From an uncultured Candidatus Saccharibacteria bacterium (lineage in GTDB: Bacteria > Patescibacteriota > Minisyncoccia > UBA6257 > XYB1-36-10): a DNA stretch of 64,000 nt. The position numbers were made by a program, and so were the translations under genes. Where the stretch lies: contig CAYIDJ010000002.1 of assembly GCA_964362215.1 (NCBI GenBank), positions 911-64,910 on the forward strand. The letters run 5' to 3'. Positions 7,892-17,140 of this stretch are shown in pieces; positions within the stretch are counted from its first letter, which is position 1; each line of letters opens with the position of its first letter. The notes under the pieces are model-generated. The model was not told the DNA's origin. It made no database searches and worked only from the letters and a program-made list of their open reading frames with translations.

Positions 7892-9820
7892 ATGAAAAGC
7901 AAACGGTTGTTGATAGTAATGCTGGTTATGGTAGCGGTGATAACACAATCAGCAGAGGAAGGGATTACGAGATTTGACCAGTGGCGTGCCAATATACAGT
8001 TGGGGGATATATTGTATGACCCTTACGGTTTTGGGATCGGAGATGATACAAAAACTGGCCATATAGGGATTTACGTTGGCAGTTTGGAATATGGGGGACG
8101 GAGATGGGACAATCAGGTGATTGAGTCGACATTAACGGGTGATGGTGTTTATTTTATTGGAATTGAGACGTGGGATCCGTGGCATGGCCAGCAGGAAGCC
8201 TGGATTTTGCGGCCGCTGGAAGTTGATCAGTCGCGGAAGGCGGCGGCAGTTAATTTTGTCAAGCGGCAAATAGGAAAACCGTACAACTTGAATTTTTTTA
8301 GGGCGCCGCGCACTTCAGTGAATAATGAAAGTTGGTATTGCAGTGAATTAGTGTGGGCGGCTTATTGGAATGAGGGCAGAGGCGTTAATCTGGTGACGGT
8401 AGACGTACCGGAACTTTTCAGATTAAATTCTCGTGTTTCGCCGCTCGATATTTACAACAGTAATCGGATTGAAGCGATTAGTTATTACGGTCCGCAGTAT
8501 CCTTTGTTGCCAGGAGCGTTACGGGTGCATAATGTTTCCCTACAGCGCAATTACGGTTCTATAGCCGAAGCGCTGATTGAGGCGGCAACCGGCAATATCA
8601 TTTTTCTTGACGCTGGCAGTTATCTAGAAAGAGTGGTGGTGGAGACGCCGGGGATAAAATTTTATGCGCGGCCAACTGGTTTCAAAACCTATGCCGATAT
8701 TTATAAGAGGAACAGTGTTTGGGACACGATTCAGCAGATTTTTAGGATAGATAAAGACACTTTGACGGTTAAAGCGCCGGGGGCGAGTTTTTATGGAATA
8801 GTATTGCGCGGTTCGGCACACGGCGAGGATGACGGTGGCTTATTTGTGGACACGGGCGCCAATCGGACGACGGCGCGCAATTGTATATCTTTTGGAAACT
8901 CGGTGGGGTTGAAAATACGGTCTTCGTCAAATAATTATTTTTCCAGATTTGTCATGGATAACAATGAGCGTGGTTTCGGATGGGTTGCTTCTTTCGGTAA
9001 TACATTAATGATGTCGTCGGTTGCGGGGAGTAGTGATATCTCTGTTTTTACCGAGGATACCAGCTCCTGCCCGTCGGTGGTTTTAGCGGAACAGACCAGT
9101 AGCGGAACGTGGTTATCTAAAGCCAGAGTTTTCCGCGATAATTTGGCAAGCGAGAAGGCAATTCGACTCTACTACGAATTAGGACCGGGGCTGACGGAGT
9201 TTGTGCCACACGCCGAATGGGCATTGCCTACGGCGCGACGTTTAGCAGAACTGACGTTGAATTTAGACAGCCGCGACGGTTTGAAAAAAGTTTTAGTGGA
9301 GCGGCGGGATGTGGAATTGGCAAAGTTGATAGTAGCCGATTTGAAACGAGCGCCAGTTGAACAGGAAATATTATCTGAACTTAAGGAAATAATAGATAAA
9401 CTGGAAGATGGAGTAGGCCATTCAATATATTCTTGGCTTGAGGAGAATGGTTTATTGAGAGATGGGAACGGCGAGACGGAAAAGCTAAACGAGCGTCCGG
9501 TTTCTTATATTTATCTCAATGACTTCGGCGGAAATGACTATATTGGTCAGTCGGATTATTCGGATGGATTGATTGTGTGGAATTCGCCGCGGGAGTTGAA
9601 TTACATTTTTTCTGGACGCCGGCAGCGCGGTTATCTGGGAAATTATTGGGGGGGAGATGTTTCTTACTGGACAGACAGGAATGGAAACGGCGTGGCGGAT
9701 ACGGTGTTCAGCGACGACCGTTATCCTTTAGTAGCACCAGTTGCCAATTATTTTCCTCAATCTTCAAATAAGGATGTGGAGAATACGGAAACTGCTGTGA
9801 TGGGATGGGATATATATTAA
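7892..9820 (+). CDS. secreted multidomain protein with N-terminal permuted papain-like (NlpC/P60 superfamily, YiiX/C92-like) hydrolase domain and beta-helix-like middle region
   Basis: Shine-Dalgarno sequence GGAGAAGGG. Signal peptide. GDILYD...GHIGIYVG...ESWYCSELVWAAYW is the His-before-Cys permuted arrangement. Repetitive N/G/S-rich strands (NRTTARNCISFGNSVGLKIRSSSNNYF). Confidence 0.45.
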   Translation: MKSKRLLIVMLVMVAVITQSAEEGITRFDQWRANIQLGDILYDPYGFGIGDDTKTGHIGIYVGSLEYGGRRWDNQVIESTLTGDGVYFIGIETWDPWHGQQEAWILRPLEVDQSRKAAAVNFVKRQIGKPYNLNFFRAPRTSVNNESWYCSELVWAAYWNEGRGVNLVTVDVPELFRLNSRVSPLDIYNSNRIEAISYYGPQYPLLPGALRVHNVSLQRNYGSIAEALIEAATGNIIFLDAGSYLERVVVETPGIKFYARPTGFKTYADIYKRNSVWDTIQQIFRIDKDTLTVKAPGASFYGIVLRGSAHGEDDGGLFVDTGANRTTARNCISFGNSVGLKIRSSSNNYFSRFVMDNNERGFGWVASFGNTLMMSSVAGSSDISVFTEDTSSCPSVVLAEQTSSGTWLSKARVFRDNLASEKAIRLYYELGPGLTEFVPHAEWALPTARRLAELTLNLDSRDGLKKVLVERRDVELAKLIVADLKRAPVEQEILSELKEIIDKLEDGVGHSIYSWLEENGLLRDGNGETEKLNERPVSYIYLNDFGGNDYIGQSDYSDGLIVWNSPRELNYIFSGRRQRGYLGNYWGGDVSYWTDRNGNGVADTVFSDDRYPLVAPVANYFPQSSNKDVENTETAVMGWDIY

Positions 9821-9848
9821 TTTTTTTTAAATTTAGAATATTTTTTTG

Positions 9849-9877
9849 AACTGGGTATAAGTGCCCAGTTTTATTTT
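9849..9877 (+). terminator. rho-independent terminator
   Basis: AACTGGG-tataagtg-CCCAGTT followed by TTATTTT. Confidence 0.55.
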
Positions 9878-9966
9878 GGCGTGTTTGGTATAATTAAATT
9901 ACTAATTTTTAATTAAAGTAGCCCTTCGATAAACTCAGGGACTATTACGACTTTTTTTAACAGTTT

Positions 9967-11664
9967 GTGACGGATGTTTTTTTACAACTGGGGGTGGTAA
10001 TGGGCATCGCGGTAGCGGTGTCGTGTCTGGCGCGATGGTTGCGCCAGCCGATGCTGGTGGGTTATATCGCGACGGGACTTATTATCAGTATCGGCCTGGC
10101 AAACTGGGTTGATTTTGCGTCCATTGAGTCGTTCGCGCGTTTGGGAGTGGCGTTACTTTTGTTTATGGTGGGGATGGGGATAGCACCACACTTGGTTTAC
10201 GAGATGGGGCCGGTGGCGGCAGCGGTAGGTCTGGGGCAAATTGTTTTTACGGCGGTGATAGGTTATGGAATCGCGATGTTGTTGGGGTTTGCCAGTGTTA
10301 CGGCCCTGTATCTGGCAGTGGCATTTACTTTTTCCAGCACGATTATAATCGTACAGCTTCTGCATGAGCGGGGAGACACGGAAAAACTTTACGGAAGGAT
10401 AGTGATAGGAATGTTATTGGTGCAGGACTTGGTGGCAATGGTGATACTGCTTGGCATTTCTTTATTCCAACAGGCGGGCGGGGTGGCGGCGGGGTGGGAC
10501 AGTTTCACAAGTTTGCTGGTTTTTAATTTTGCCGCTGGCGCGCTTTTGGTTTATTTATTGGGGGTGTTCGTATTGCCGCGGGTGGATAAGTTTTTTGTCA
10601 AGAGCAGCGAGTCATTGCTTGTTTTTTCGCTGACAGTTTGTTTCGGGGTGATAGTGGCATTTAAATACTTGGGATTTCCGCCGGAAGTGGGAGCGTTGTT
10701 GGCGGGGGTGATGATGGCTTCCTCGCCGCACCAGCGTGAAATAGCGGCCAGGATAAAACCGCTGCGCGACTTTTTCCTGATTATGTTTTTCGTGATGCTG
10801 GGATTCACGCTGGAACCGTCGGCTTTAGCGGGGAATTGGTGGCCGGCGGCGGTATTTTCACTTTTTATAATTGTCGGCAATCCGCTGATTGTGATGACGG
10901 TAATGAAGGTGATGGGTTATTCGCTACGGACAATGTTTTACGCGGGGCTGACGGCGGCGCAGATAAGCGAATTTTCACTGATACTTTTAGTATTGGGAGT
11001 GTCGCTGGGACACATTCCGGCGGCGGTAGCGGCGCTGGGAACACTGGTGGGATTAGTAACAATCGCGGCCTCATCTTATATGATTACTTACGCGGACGGG
11101 CTGTACCGATATTTGCGTCCGTATTTGGAAGTTTTCAGCGACGGGCGGGCGCACCCGGAAGATAAGGAAAAAGGAGAGGAGTATGAGGTGTTTGTTTTTG
11201 GCGCGCATCGATTGGGGGGCGGGGTGATTGCTTCTTTGAAGCGCAAGAAGGTTAAATTTTTAGTGGTGGATTACGACCCGATAATTGTGGCGGAACTTAA
11301 AGCCAGGCGGGTGCTGGCGGTGTTCGGCGACGCGGGAGAACCGGATTTTCTGGAGGAATTAAAACTGAAGAGCGCGAAGATGATCATATCTTCCATTCCA
11401 GAGGCGGAGACGGCGATAAATATTATGAATTATTTGAAAAAGATACATTCGCGAGCGGTTTTTGTGACGGTGGCCGGTGCGGTTAGCGAAGCAGAAAAAC
11501 TTTATGAAGCGGGGACGCATTTTGTGATTATGCCGCATTATTTAGGTAGACGTTATTTAGTGGAGATGCTGGAGCGGCACGGGTTTGACAAGAAAAAGTA
11601 TAACCGGGAGCGAAGCAGGCATCAGCGAGAGTTGGTTTTAGCGGGGCAAGAGAAAACTCTTTAA
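9967..11664 (+). CDS. monovalent cation:proton antiporter-2 (CPA2, KefB/KefC-like) with C-terminal RCK/TrkA-N domain
   Basis: About 12 transmembrane helices of Na+/H+ exchanger type. C-terminal Rossmann segment VFVFGAHRLGGGVIASLKRKKVKFLVVDYDP...AVFGDAGEPDFLEE typical of TrkA-N. Confidence 0.8.
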   Translation: MTDVFLQLGVVMGIAVAVSCLARWLRQPMLVGYIATGLIISIGLANWVDFASIESFARLGVALLLFMVGMGIAPHLVYEMGPVAAAVGLGQIVFTAVIGYGIAMLLGFASVTALYLAVAFTFSSTIIIVQLLHERGDTEKLYGRIVIGMLLVQDLVAMVILLGISLFQQAGGVAAGWDSFTSLLVFNFAAGALLVYLLGVFVLPRVDKFFVKSSESLLVFSLTVCFGVIVAFKYLGFPPEVGALLAGVMMASSPHQREIAARIKPLRDFFLIMFFVMLGFTLEPSALAGNWWPAAVFSLFIIVGNPLIVMTVMKVMGYSLRTMFYAGLTAAQISEFSLILLVLGVSLGHIPAAVAALGTLVGLVTIAASSYMITYADGLYRYLRPYLEVFSDGRAHPEDKEKGEEYEVFVFGAHRLGGGVIASLKRKKVKFLVVDYDPIIVAELKARRVLAVFGDAGEPDFLEELKLKSAKMIISSIPEAETAINIMNYLKKIHSRAVFVTVAGAVSEAEKLYEAGTHFVIMPHYLGRRYLVEMLERHGFDKKKYNRERSRHQRELVLAGQEKTL

Positions 11665-11676
11665 GTTTGGGCGGAG

Positions 11677-12450
11677 GTGAGTTATACTCCGTGGGTTATG
11701 TCGCAGTATTATAAACCGAACCGAAATCCGGAGTGGAATTACGGGGGGCGGAACTGGAAATTGTCGCGGAGCAAGATTGATTTGTTTAAGGAGTGCCCGC
11801 GCTGTTTTTATATTGATAATAAGTTGGGGGTGGCGCGGCCGCCGGGGTATCCGTTTTCGCTGAACGCGGCGGTGGATGCTTTGTTAAAAAAAGAATTTGA
11901 TATTCATCGGGCGGCGGGAACAACGCATCCTTTGATGAAAGCGTACGGGATTGAGGCGGTGCCTTTTCGGCATTCTAAAATGAATGAGTGGCGAGATTCG
12001 CTAAGGGCGGGGGTGCAATTTTATCATGAGCCGACCGGTTTGCCGGTGAAGGGAGGAGTAGACGATATTTGGATGGGGCGGGACGGGAAGCTTTTTGTGG
12101 TTGATTATAAGGCGACGAGTAAGGAAGGGGAAGTTAATTTAGACGCGGCGTGGCAGGACGGGTATAAGCGGCAGATGGAAGTTTATCAGTGGCTGTTGCG
12201 GCACAACAGTTTTGTGGTTTCGGATACGGGATATTTTGTTTATGCTAACGGGCGGACGGACAGAGAAGCATTTGACGGGAAACTGGAGTTTGATGTAAAA
12301 GTAATTCCATACACCGGAGACGACGGATGGGTGGAGCCGACACTTTTTAAGATAAAAGAATGTCTGGAGGAGAAGGAAATACCGGCGGCGGGGGCGGATT
12401 GCGATTATTGCCGGTATAGGGGGGCGGTGGAGAAAGTTCAAAGTTTATAG
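11677..12450 (+). CDS. PD-(D/E)xK nuclease, Cas4/RecB-like with four-Cys cluster
   Basis: D...DYK motif (GGVDDIWMGRDGKLFVVDYKAT). N-terminal CPRC and C-terminal CDYCRY match the Cys arrangement of Cas4/AddB-type Fe-S nucleases. No CRISPR array nearby. Confidence 0.5.
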   Translation: MSYTPWVMSQYYKPNRNPEWNYGGRNWKLSRSKIDLFKECPRCFYIDNKLGVARPPGYPFSLNAAVDALLKKEFDIHRAAGTTHPLMKAYGIEAVPFRHSKMNEWRDSLRAGVQFYHEPTGLPVKGGVDDIWMGRDGKLFVVDYKATSKEGEVNLDAAWQDGYKRQMEVYQWLLRHNSFVVSDTGYFVYANGRTDREAFDGKLEFDVKVIPYTGDDGWVEPTLFKIKECLEEKEIPAAGADCDYCRYRGAVEKVQSL

Positions 12451-12484
12451 AGTACGTAAAATAAAAAGCAAATAGCGAATCTCG

Positions 12485-12542
12485 GGACTGGATTCCTCTG
12501 CCATTCGTCAGTTGGCGGAGGCGGAGGCGGACGGGAATGACA
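12485..12542. repeat. GGACTGGATTCC...GGGAATGACA hairpin repeat copy carrying an internal CAGTTGGCGGAGGCGGA insertion
   Basis: ggactggattcctctgccattcgtcagttggcggaggcggaggcggacgggaatgaca. Confidence 0.6.
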
Positions 12543-12576
12543 AGGCGGGAAGGGAATGATAGGATAAAATTTAAAT

Positions 12577-14115
12577 ATGACTGGCGGGGAGAGAAAAGGA
12601 AAAAAATTTTGGCGGAAGAAGAGATATATCGCGGCGGGAGCGGCAGTTTTAATAATCGCGGTTGTTTGGTGGGGGTGGGGTGGGGGGAGCGAGGGAAGAT
12701 ATGACACAGCGGCGGCGGCAAAGGGAGAGGTAGTACAGATAGTATCGGCTACCGGCAAAGTGATGGCAGTGGAAGACGTGGATTTGTCTTTTCAGGCGGG
12801 AGGAAGAGTAGGAGCGGTGTATGCGAATGTGGGTGATTATGTTTTAGCGGGACAGGTTTTGGCGCAGATTGACGATGCCGATATTAGAGCGCAGATAAGG
12901 GAGGCGCAGGCGAATGTGGCGGCGCAGGAGGCAAAACTTAGCCAGTCAAAGCGCGGGACAAGACCGGAGGAGATAGAGATAGCGGAAAACGATTTGACGA
13001 ACGCTTATCTGCCGGCGCCGGACATTATGAACGACGCGCGTATTAAGGCGGAGGACGCTCTTTTTAAGCAGGTAGACCCGATTTTTGACAACGATAATAC
13101 CTCTCCCACTCTGACTTTTACGGTTACGGACACGCAAGTTAAGAGCGACGCGGAATCTTGGCGCAATAAAATGACAGCTGAGCTTAACGGGTTGAGAGAT
13201 GATATTGATGGCGCGAAAGCAACGGAAACAGGCAGTTTAGATACGGCGCTGGTTTCGGTTAAGAAGAGATTAGCGGCGTTTGAAGATTTTTTGGCGTTGG
13301 CGTTAAGAGCGGTTAATTTATCGGTGGGGCTAACGGCGAGCGACGAGGCGGCTTACAAAGCGAATGTGAATACAGCGCGGGCGAATATAAATACAGCGAT
13401 TGACTCGGTAACGGCTCAACAAAAAATAATTGCCAGTGCCAAGAGCGCGTTGGCGTTGGAGCGGGCGGGGACGACGGCAGAGGATATCGTTTACCAGGAG
13501 GCGCAGGTGGAGCAGGCGCGGGCGAAGGTGGAGAGTTTGGAAGCGCAGATGACAAGGACGCGTCTGATAACGCCGATAAGCGGGGTGGTGGCGGCGCGGA
13601 CGATAGAAAGAGGAGAATATGCCGGAGCGGGGACGGACGCGTTTACAGTTATCAGTAGTTCTCGGTTTAAAGTGGAAAGCAACATTCCGGAGGCGGACAT
13701 CGCAAAAGTTAAGGCGGGAGACAAGGCGGAGGTGACATTGGACGCCTATACGAGCGACGATAAGTTCGCGGCGGGAGTGACAAAAATTGACCCGGCGGAG
13801 ACGGTCATTGAGGGAGTGTCAACTTACAAAATAACTTTGATTTTTAAAGAGAGAGACGAGCGGATTAAGCCGGGAATGACGGCTAATATTGAAATTAAGA
13901 CGGAAAAGCGGGAGGGAGTGCTGTTCGTGCCTTTGCGCGCCGTTATTAAAGAAGACGGGACAAGTTATGTGCGCATTAAGCCGCTTTCAGAAAAAATGGA
14001 GCCGGAGAAGCGCATAATTGGCGTGGGACTGCGCGGTTCGGACGGAAAGGCGGAGGTAACCTCGGGACTGGAGGAGGGAGAAGAGGTGATTGTTTTTGAC
14101 CGGCTGGCGCTTTAA
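12577..14115 (+). CDS. efflux periplasmic adaptor (HlyD/MacA membrane-fusion protein family)
   Basis: N-terminal transmembrane helix. Lipoyl-like and coiled-coil regions. C-terminal beta-barrel segment (LITPISGVVAARTIERGEY, KIDPAETVIEG). Directly upstream of the ABC ATPase and FtsX permease. Confidence 0.85.
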   Translation: MTGGERKGKKFWRKKRYIAAGAAVLIIAVVWWGWGGGSEGRYDTAAAAKGEVVQIVSATGKVMAVEDVDLSFQAGGRVGAVYANVGDYVLAGQVLAQIDDADIRAQIREAQANVAAQEAKLSQSKRGTRPEEIEIAENDLTNAYLPAPDIMNDARIKAEDALFKQVDPIFDNDNTSPTLTFTVTDTQVKSDAESWRNKMTAELNGLRDDIDGAKATETGSLDTALVSVKKRLAAFEDFLALALRAVNLSVGLTASDEAAYKANVNTARANINTAIDSVTAQQKIIASAKSALALERAGTTAEDIVYQEAQVEQARAKVESLEAQMTRTRLITPISGVVAARTIERGEYAGAGTDAFTVISSSRFKVESNIPEADIAKVKAGDKAEVTLDAYTSDDKFAAGVTKIDPAETVIEGVSTYKITLIFKERDERIKPGMTANIEIKTEKREGVLFVPLRAVIKEDGTSYVRIKPLSEKMEPEKRIIGVGLRGSDGKAEVTSGLEEGEEVIVFDRLAL

Positions 14116-14129
14116 GACCCTGTAATTTT

Positions 14130-14858
14130 ATGGCGCTAATAGAAGCAAAGAGGGTAGGAATGGTTTACGGCGAGGATGAGCCGGATTCCGCGCGGACGGT
14201 GGCACTTTGTGATATTGACTTAACGATAGAGAAAGGAGAATTTGTGGCTATTATGGGGCCGTCGGGGTCGGGGAAGTCAACCTTGCTTCATATTTTGGGA
14301 TTTTTGGACCGCAATACTTCCGGCGAGTACAGGTTCAACGACAAACTAATGGATGAGCTTGATGACAATGAATTGGCGCGAGTGCGGGGAAGAGAGATGG
14401 GTTTTGTTTTCCAATTTTTTAATTTGTTGCCGCGAATGAGTGTTTTAGATAATGTGATGTTACCGCTTATGTATTCAGATATGGCCGAACGGGAAGCGAC
14501 GGAGAGGGCGCGGGAGGCAATTGAGGCGGTGGGATTGACACACAGAATAGAGCATGAGCCATCGGAATTGTCGGGAGGAGAAAAACAAAGAGTGGCGATA
14601 GCGCGGGCGCTGATAAACGACCCGCTGGTTATTTTTGCCGATGAGCCGACTGGAAATTTGGACTCCAAGTCGGGGCAGGCAGTGATGGAGATTTTACGCG
14701 ATTTGAATAATGAGGGGAAAACGGTCTTGCTGATTACTCACGAGGAATATACGGCGCGGCACGCGGAGCGCATTATTCATATCCGCGACGGGCAGATTGA
14801 GAAGGAGAAGAGAGTGGATGGAGGGCAGAGAGCGGCGAGGGATGTTTTTAGGAAATAA
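14130..14858 (+). CDS. ABC transporter ATP-binding protein (MacB/LolD-type)
   Basis: Walker A GPSGSGKST, signature LSGGEKQRVAIARAL, Walker B IFADEPTGNLD. Confidence 0.9.
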   Translation: MALIEAKRVGMVYGEDEPDSARTVALCDIDLTIEKGEFVAIMGPSGSGKSTLLHILGFLDRNTSGEYRFNDKLMDELDDNELARVRGREMGFVFQFFNLLPRMSVLDNVMLPLMYSDMAEREATERAREAIEAVGLTHRIEHEPSELSGGEKQRVAIARALINDPLVIFADEPTGNLDSKSGQAVMEILRDLNNEGKTVLLITHEEYTARHAERIIHIRDGQIEKEKRVDGGQRAARDVFRK

Positions 14859-14913
14859 ATCATACTAAAGATAATTTTCAATTATCAATTATCAATTTTC
14901 AGTTATTGAAGAT

Positions 14914-16167
14914 ATGACTTTAAGGAGAATAATAAAAACATCACTGACGGGACTACAGACGAACCGGGGGCGGGCGGCGTTGACTATTTTGGGCATAGTG
15001 ATAGGAATCACGGCGATTATTATCGTGATGGCAGTGGGGCAGTCGGCGCAGAAACTAATTTTAGACCAGATTCAGGGTTTGGGTTCAAAGACGATAGCAA
15101 TTGTGCCCGGTAAACAGCCGGAGGGGCCGTCGGACGCGGCTAATGTGTTTTTAGATTCGCTGAAAGAGCGGGACGTGGAGAGTTTAAACAATAAGGGAAA
15201 TGTGCCTTACGCGGATTCGGTAATGCCGGTAGTGTTCGGAACGGCGCGGACGGGGTATGAGGAGGAGACATATCAGGCGACCGTTTTGGGACTGGGAAGC
15301 GCGACGGAAGATAATATAATAAGTAAGGTTTTTAGCATTGAGACGGATAAGGGAGATATGTTTTCCGCTGATGACGTTAGGTCCAGAACAAGCGTGGTGG
15401 TTATCGGCAGCAAGGTAAAAGAAAAGTTGTTTGGTTTGTCGGACGCGGTAGGAGAAAAAGTAAAAATAAACGGGCGGAATTTTCGGGTGGTGGGAACGTT
15501 GCCATCCAAGGGACAGGTATCGTTTTTCAATTTTGACGAGATGGTGCTAGCGCCATATACGACTGTTCAGCAGTATATTTTGGGGAGAAAATATTTTGAC
15601 CGGGTAATAGTGGTGGCGGGAAACGAGGCGTCAATAGAGCGGACAGTGAATGATATAGAGATTGTTTTGCGCAATAATCATGGCATTACAGACCCCGATA
15701 AAGATGACTTTTTTGTGGAGACGCAGGCGGACTTATTGGACAGAGTATCATCAGTAACGACGATTTTGACGATACTGCTGGCGGCGATCGCGGCAGTGTC
15801 GTTATTGGTGGGCGGGGTGGGAATAATGAATATCATGTTCGTGTCGGTGACGGAGCGGACAAAAGAGATAGGGCTGCGCAAAGCGGTGGGAGCGACGAAC
15901 GCGGACATAATGAAACAGTTTTTGTTTGAGGCGGTGTGGCTGACGCTGATTGGAGGGGTGGTGGGGGTGATTTTAGGAAGCGGGTTGGCGGCAACAGCCA
16001 CTTGGGCGATTGCCGTTTTTTACAATATTGATTTTTCATTTTCGTTTCCGTGGACGGCGGCGGTAATGGGGATAGGAGTGGCGGCGGGAGTAGGACTTAT
16101 CTTCGGGATTTATCCGGCGCGGCAGGCGGCGAGGAAGAGCCCGATTGAGGCATTGAGGTATGAATAA
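14914..16167 (+). CDS. ABC transporter permease (FtsX/MacB-like, 4 transmembrane helices with large periplasmic loop)
   Basis: MacB-type topology and conserved C-terminal transmembrane bundle. Operon with the membrane-fusion protein and ATPase. Confidence 0.85.
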   Translation: MTLRRIIKTSLTGLQTNRGRAALTILGIVIGITAIIIVMAVGQSAQKLILDQIQGLGSKTIAIVPGKQPEGPSDAANVFLDSLKERDVESLNNKGNVPYADSVMPVVFGTARTGYEEETYQATVLGLGSATEDNIISKVFSIETDKGDMFSADDVRSRTSVVVIGSKVKEKLFGLSDAVGEKVKINGRNFRVVGTLPSKGQVSFFNFDEMVLAPYTTVQQYILGRKYFDRVIVVAGNEASIERTVNDIEIVLRNNHGITDPDKDDFFVETQADLLDRVSSVTTILTILLAAIAAVSLLVGGVGIMNIMFVSVTERTKEIGLRKAVGATNADIMKQFLFEAVWLTLIGGVVGVILGSGLAATATWAIAVFYNIDFSFSFPWTAAVMGIGVAAGVGLIFGIYPARQAARKSPIEALRYE

Positions 16168-16203
16168 AGCTTGCCATACTAAAAAAATTTCTGGATGCTG
16201 GTA

Positions 16204-16347
16204 ATGCGGCTCATAATATACTCTCGCTACCGTCCATCTCCCCAGCGAGGAGATGGACTACGCCTCGCCCTCGCTCGTCCCGACTAAAGTCGGGACACCG
16301 TGCCTGCTCGGGCTCGGATGCGCGCTCGAGTATATTATGAGCCGCAT
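16204..16347. repeat. long palindromic element, family C (core CTACCGTCCATCTCCCCAGCGAGGAGATGGACTACGCCTCG)
   Basis: Perfect 20-bp outer stem atgcggctcataatatactc / gagtatattatgagccgcat. Conserved core shared with 63102-63257. Confidence 0.7.
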
Positions 16348-16439
16348 AGTGTATATTTTTTAGTGTGGACTCGTGGGGGTTAGTGGAGAGAGTCCATGGC
16401 GGTCTCGGAAGGAAGCTTTTTCTTTACGAGTGATGTTTA

Positions 16440-16575
16440 GGGGAAGTTTTGATATATACTTGTATAGAAGTCGCTAATGGCAATGGGGAGAATAAACCAC
16501 TCTTTTCTTTCCTACTTTAGGGGAGAGGTTGGATAATAAGGTAGTCCCGAATTACTCGGGACTTTTATTATATAA
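16440..16575. repeat. shared 3' module of composite repeats (TAGAAGTCGCYAATGG..GGGGAGAATA ... GGGAGAGGTTGGAT..GTAGYC + hairpin + T-run)
   Basis: Motif blocks recur at 22761-22875, 34991-35125, 42826-42880 and 63276-63340. Ends in GTCCCGAATTACTCGGGAC hairpin plus TTTTATT. Confidence 0.6.
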
Positions 16576-16616
16576 AGAATAATTTAAGAGAAGTAGATGA
16601 AAAAAAGAAAAGCCGC

Positions 16617-16943
16617 TCAGGAGTGAGTGGCTTGAGATAAAGGGGAAGGTTTAACTTCAACAATTAGTTTATTGCCAGAGAAGTCCAGAATAGTGAAGTC
16701 ATAATTGTGCATAATAAAAGGTATAGTTACAAGCGGTGTGGAGCGGGATATTTCCTTGTGCCAGGCCATAGCGGCATAGTCAACAAGACAGTGCGGAGTG
16801 ACGAAGTTGATTTTTTTCAGGCTTTGGTAAAATTCATCCCGTTTTATGCCGGAAACGGTCTTCATTTCTCGCCATTGAAGATAAATTTCCAGTTCTCCCG
16901 AGCGCTGATTAATAAGAGACCAGTTGGCGGTTTTTCTTTTCAT
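16617..16943 (-). CDS. hypothetical protein (108 aa)
   Basis: ORF trimmed to internal ATG (MKRKTANW...) to avoid overlap with the divergent glycerate kinase gene. No recognisable domain. Confidence 0.4.
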   Translation of the reverse strand: MKRKTANWSLINQRSGELEIYLQWREMKTVSGIKRDEFYQSLKKINFVTPHCLVDYAAMAWHKEISRSTPLVTIPFIMHNYDFTILDFSGNKLIVEVKPSPLSQATHS

Positions 16944-17140
16944 TTTTTCTATCCTTTCCGTTTTTAGTTTTTTATTTACTGGTTTTAATTTAGCGGGGTT
17001 GGGGTTGAGTGTCAAATTTGTGTGGGAGAAATGATGGAAGGAGGAGGGAATAGCGAAGGGAGAAGAAATTCCTCGCCCTACGGGCACTCCATGCAACAAA
17101 AGGGAGAATATGAATTTGTTGACGTGGTATAATCTAAATA

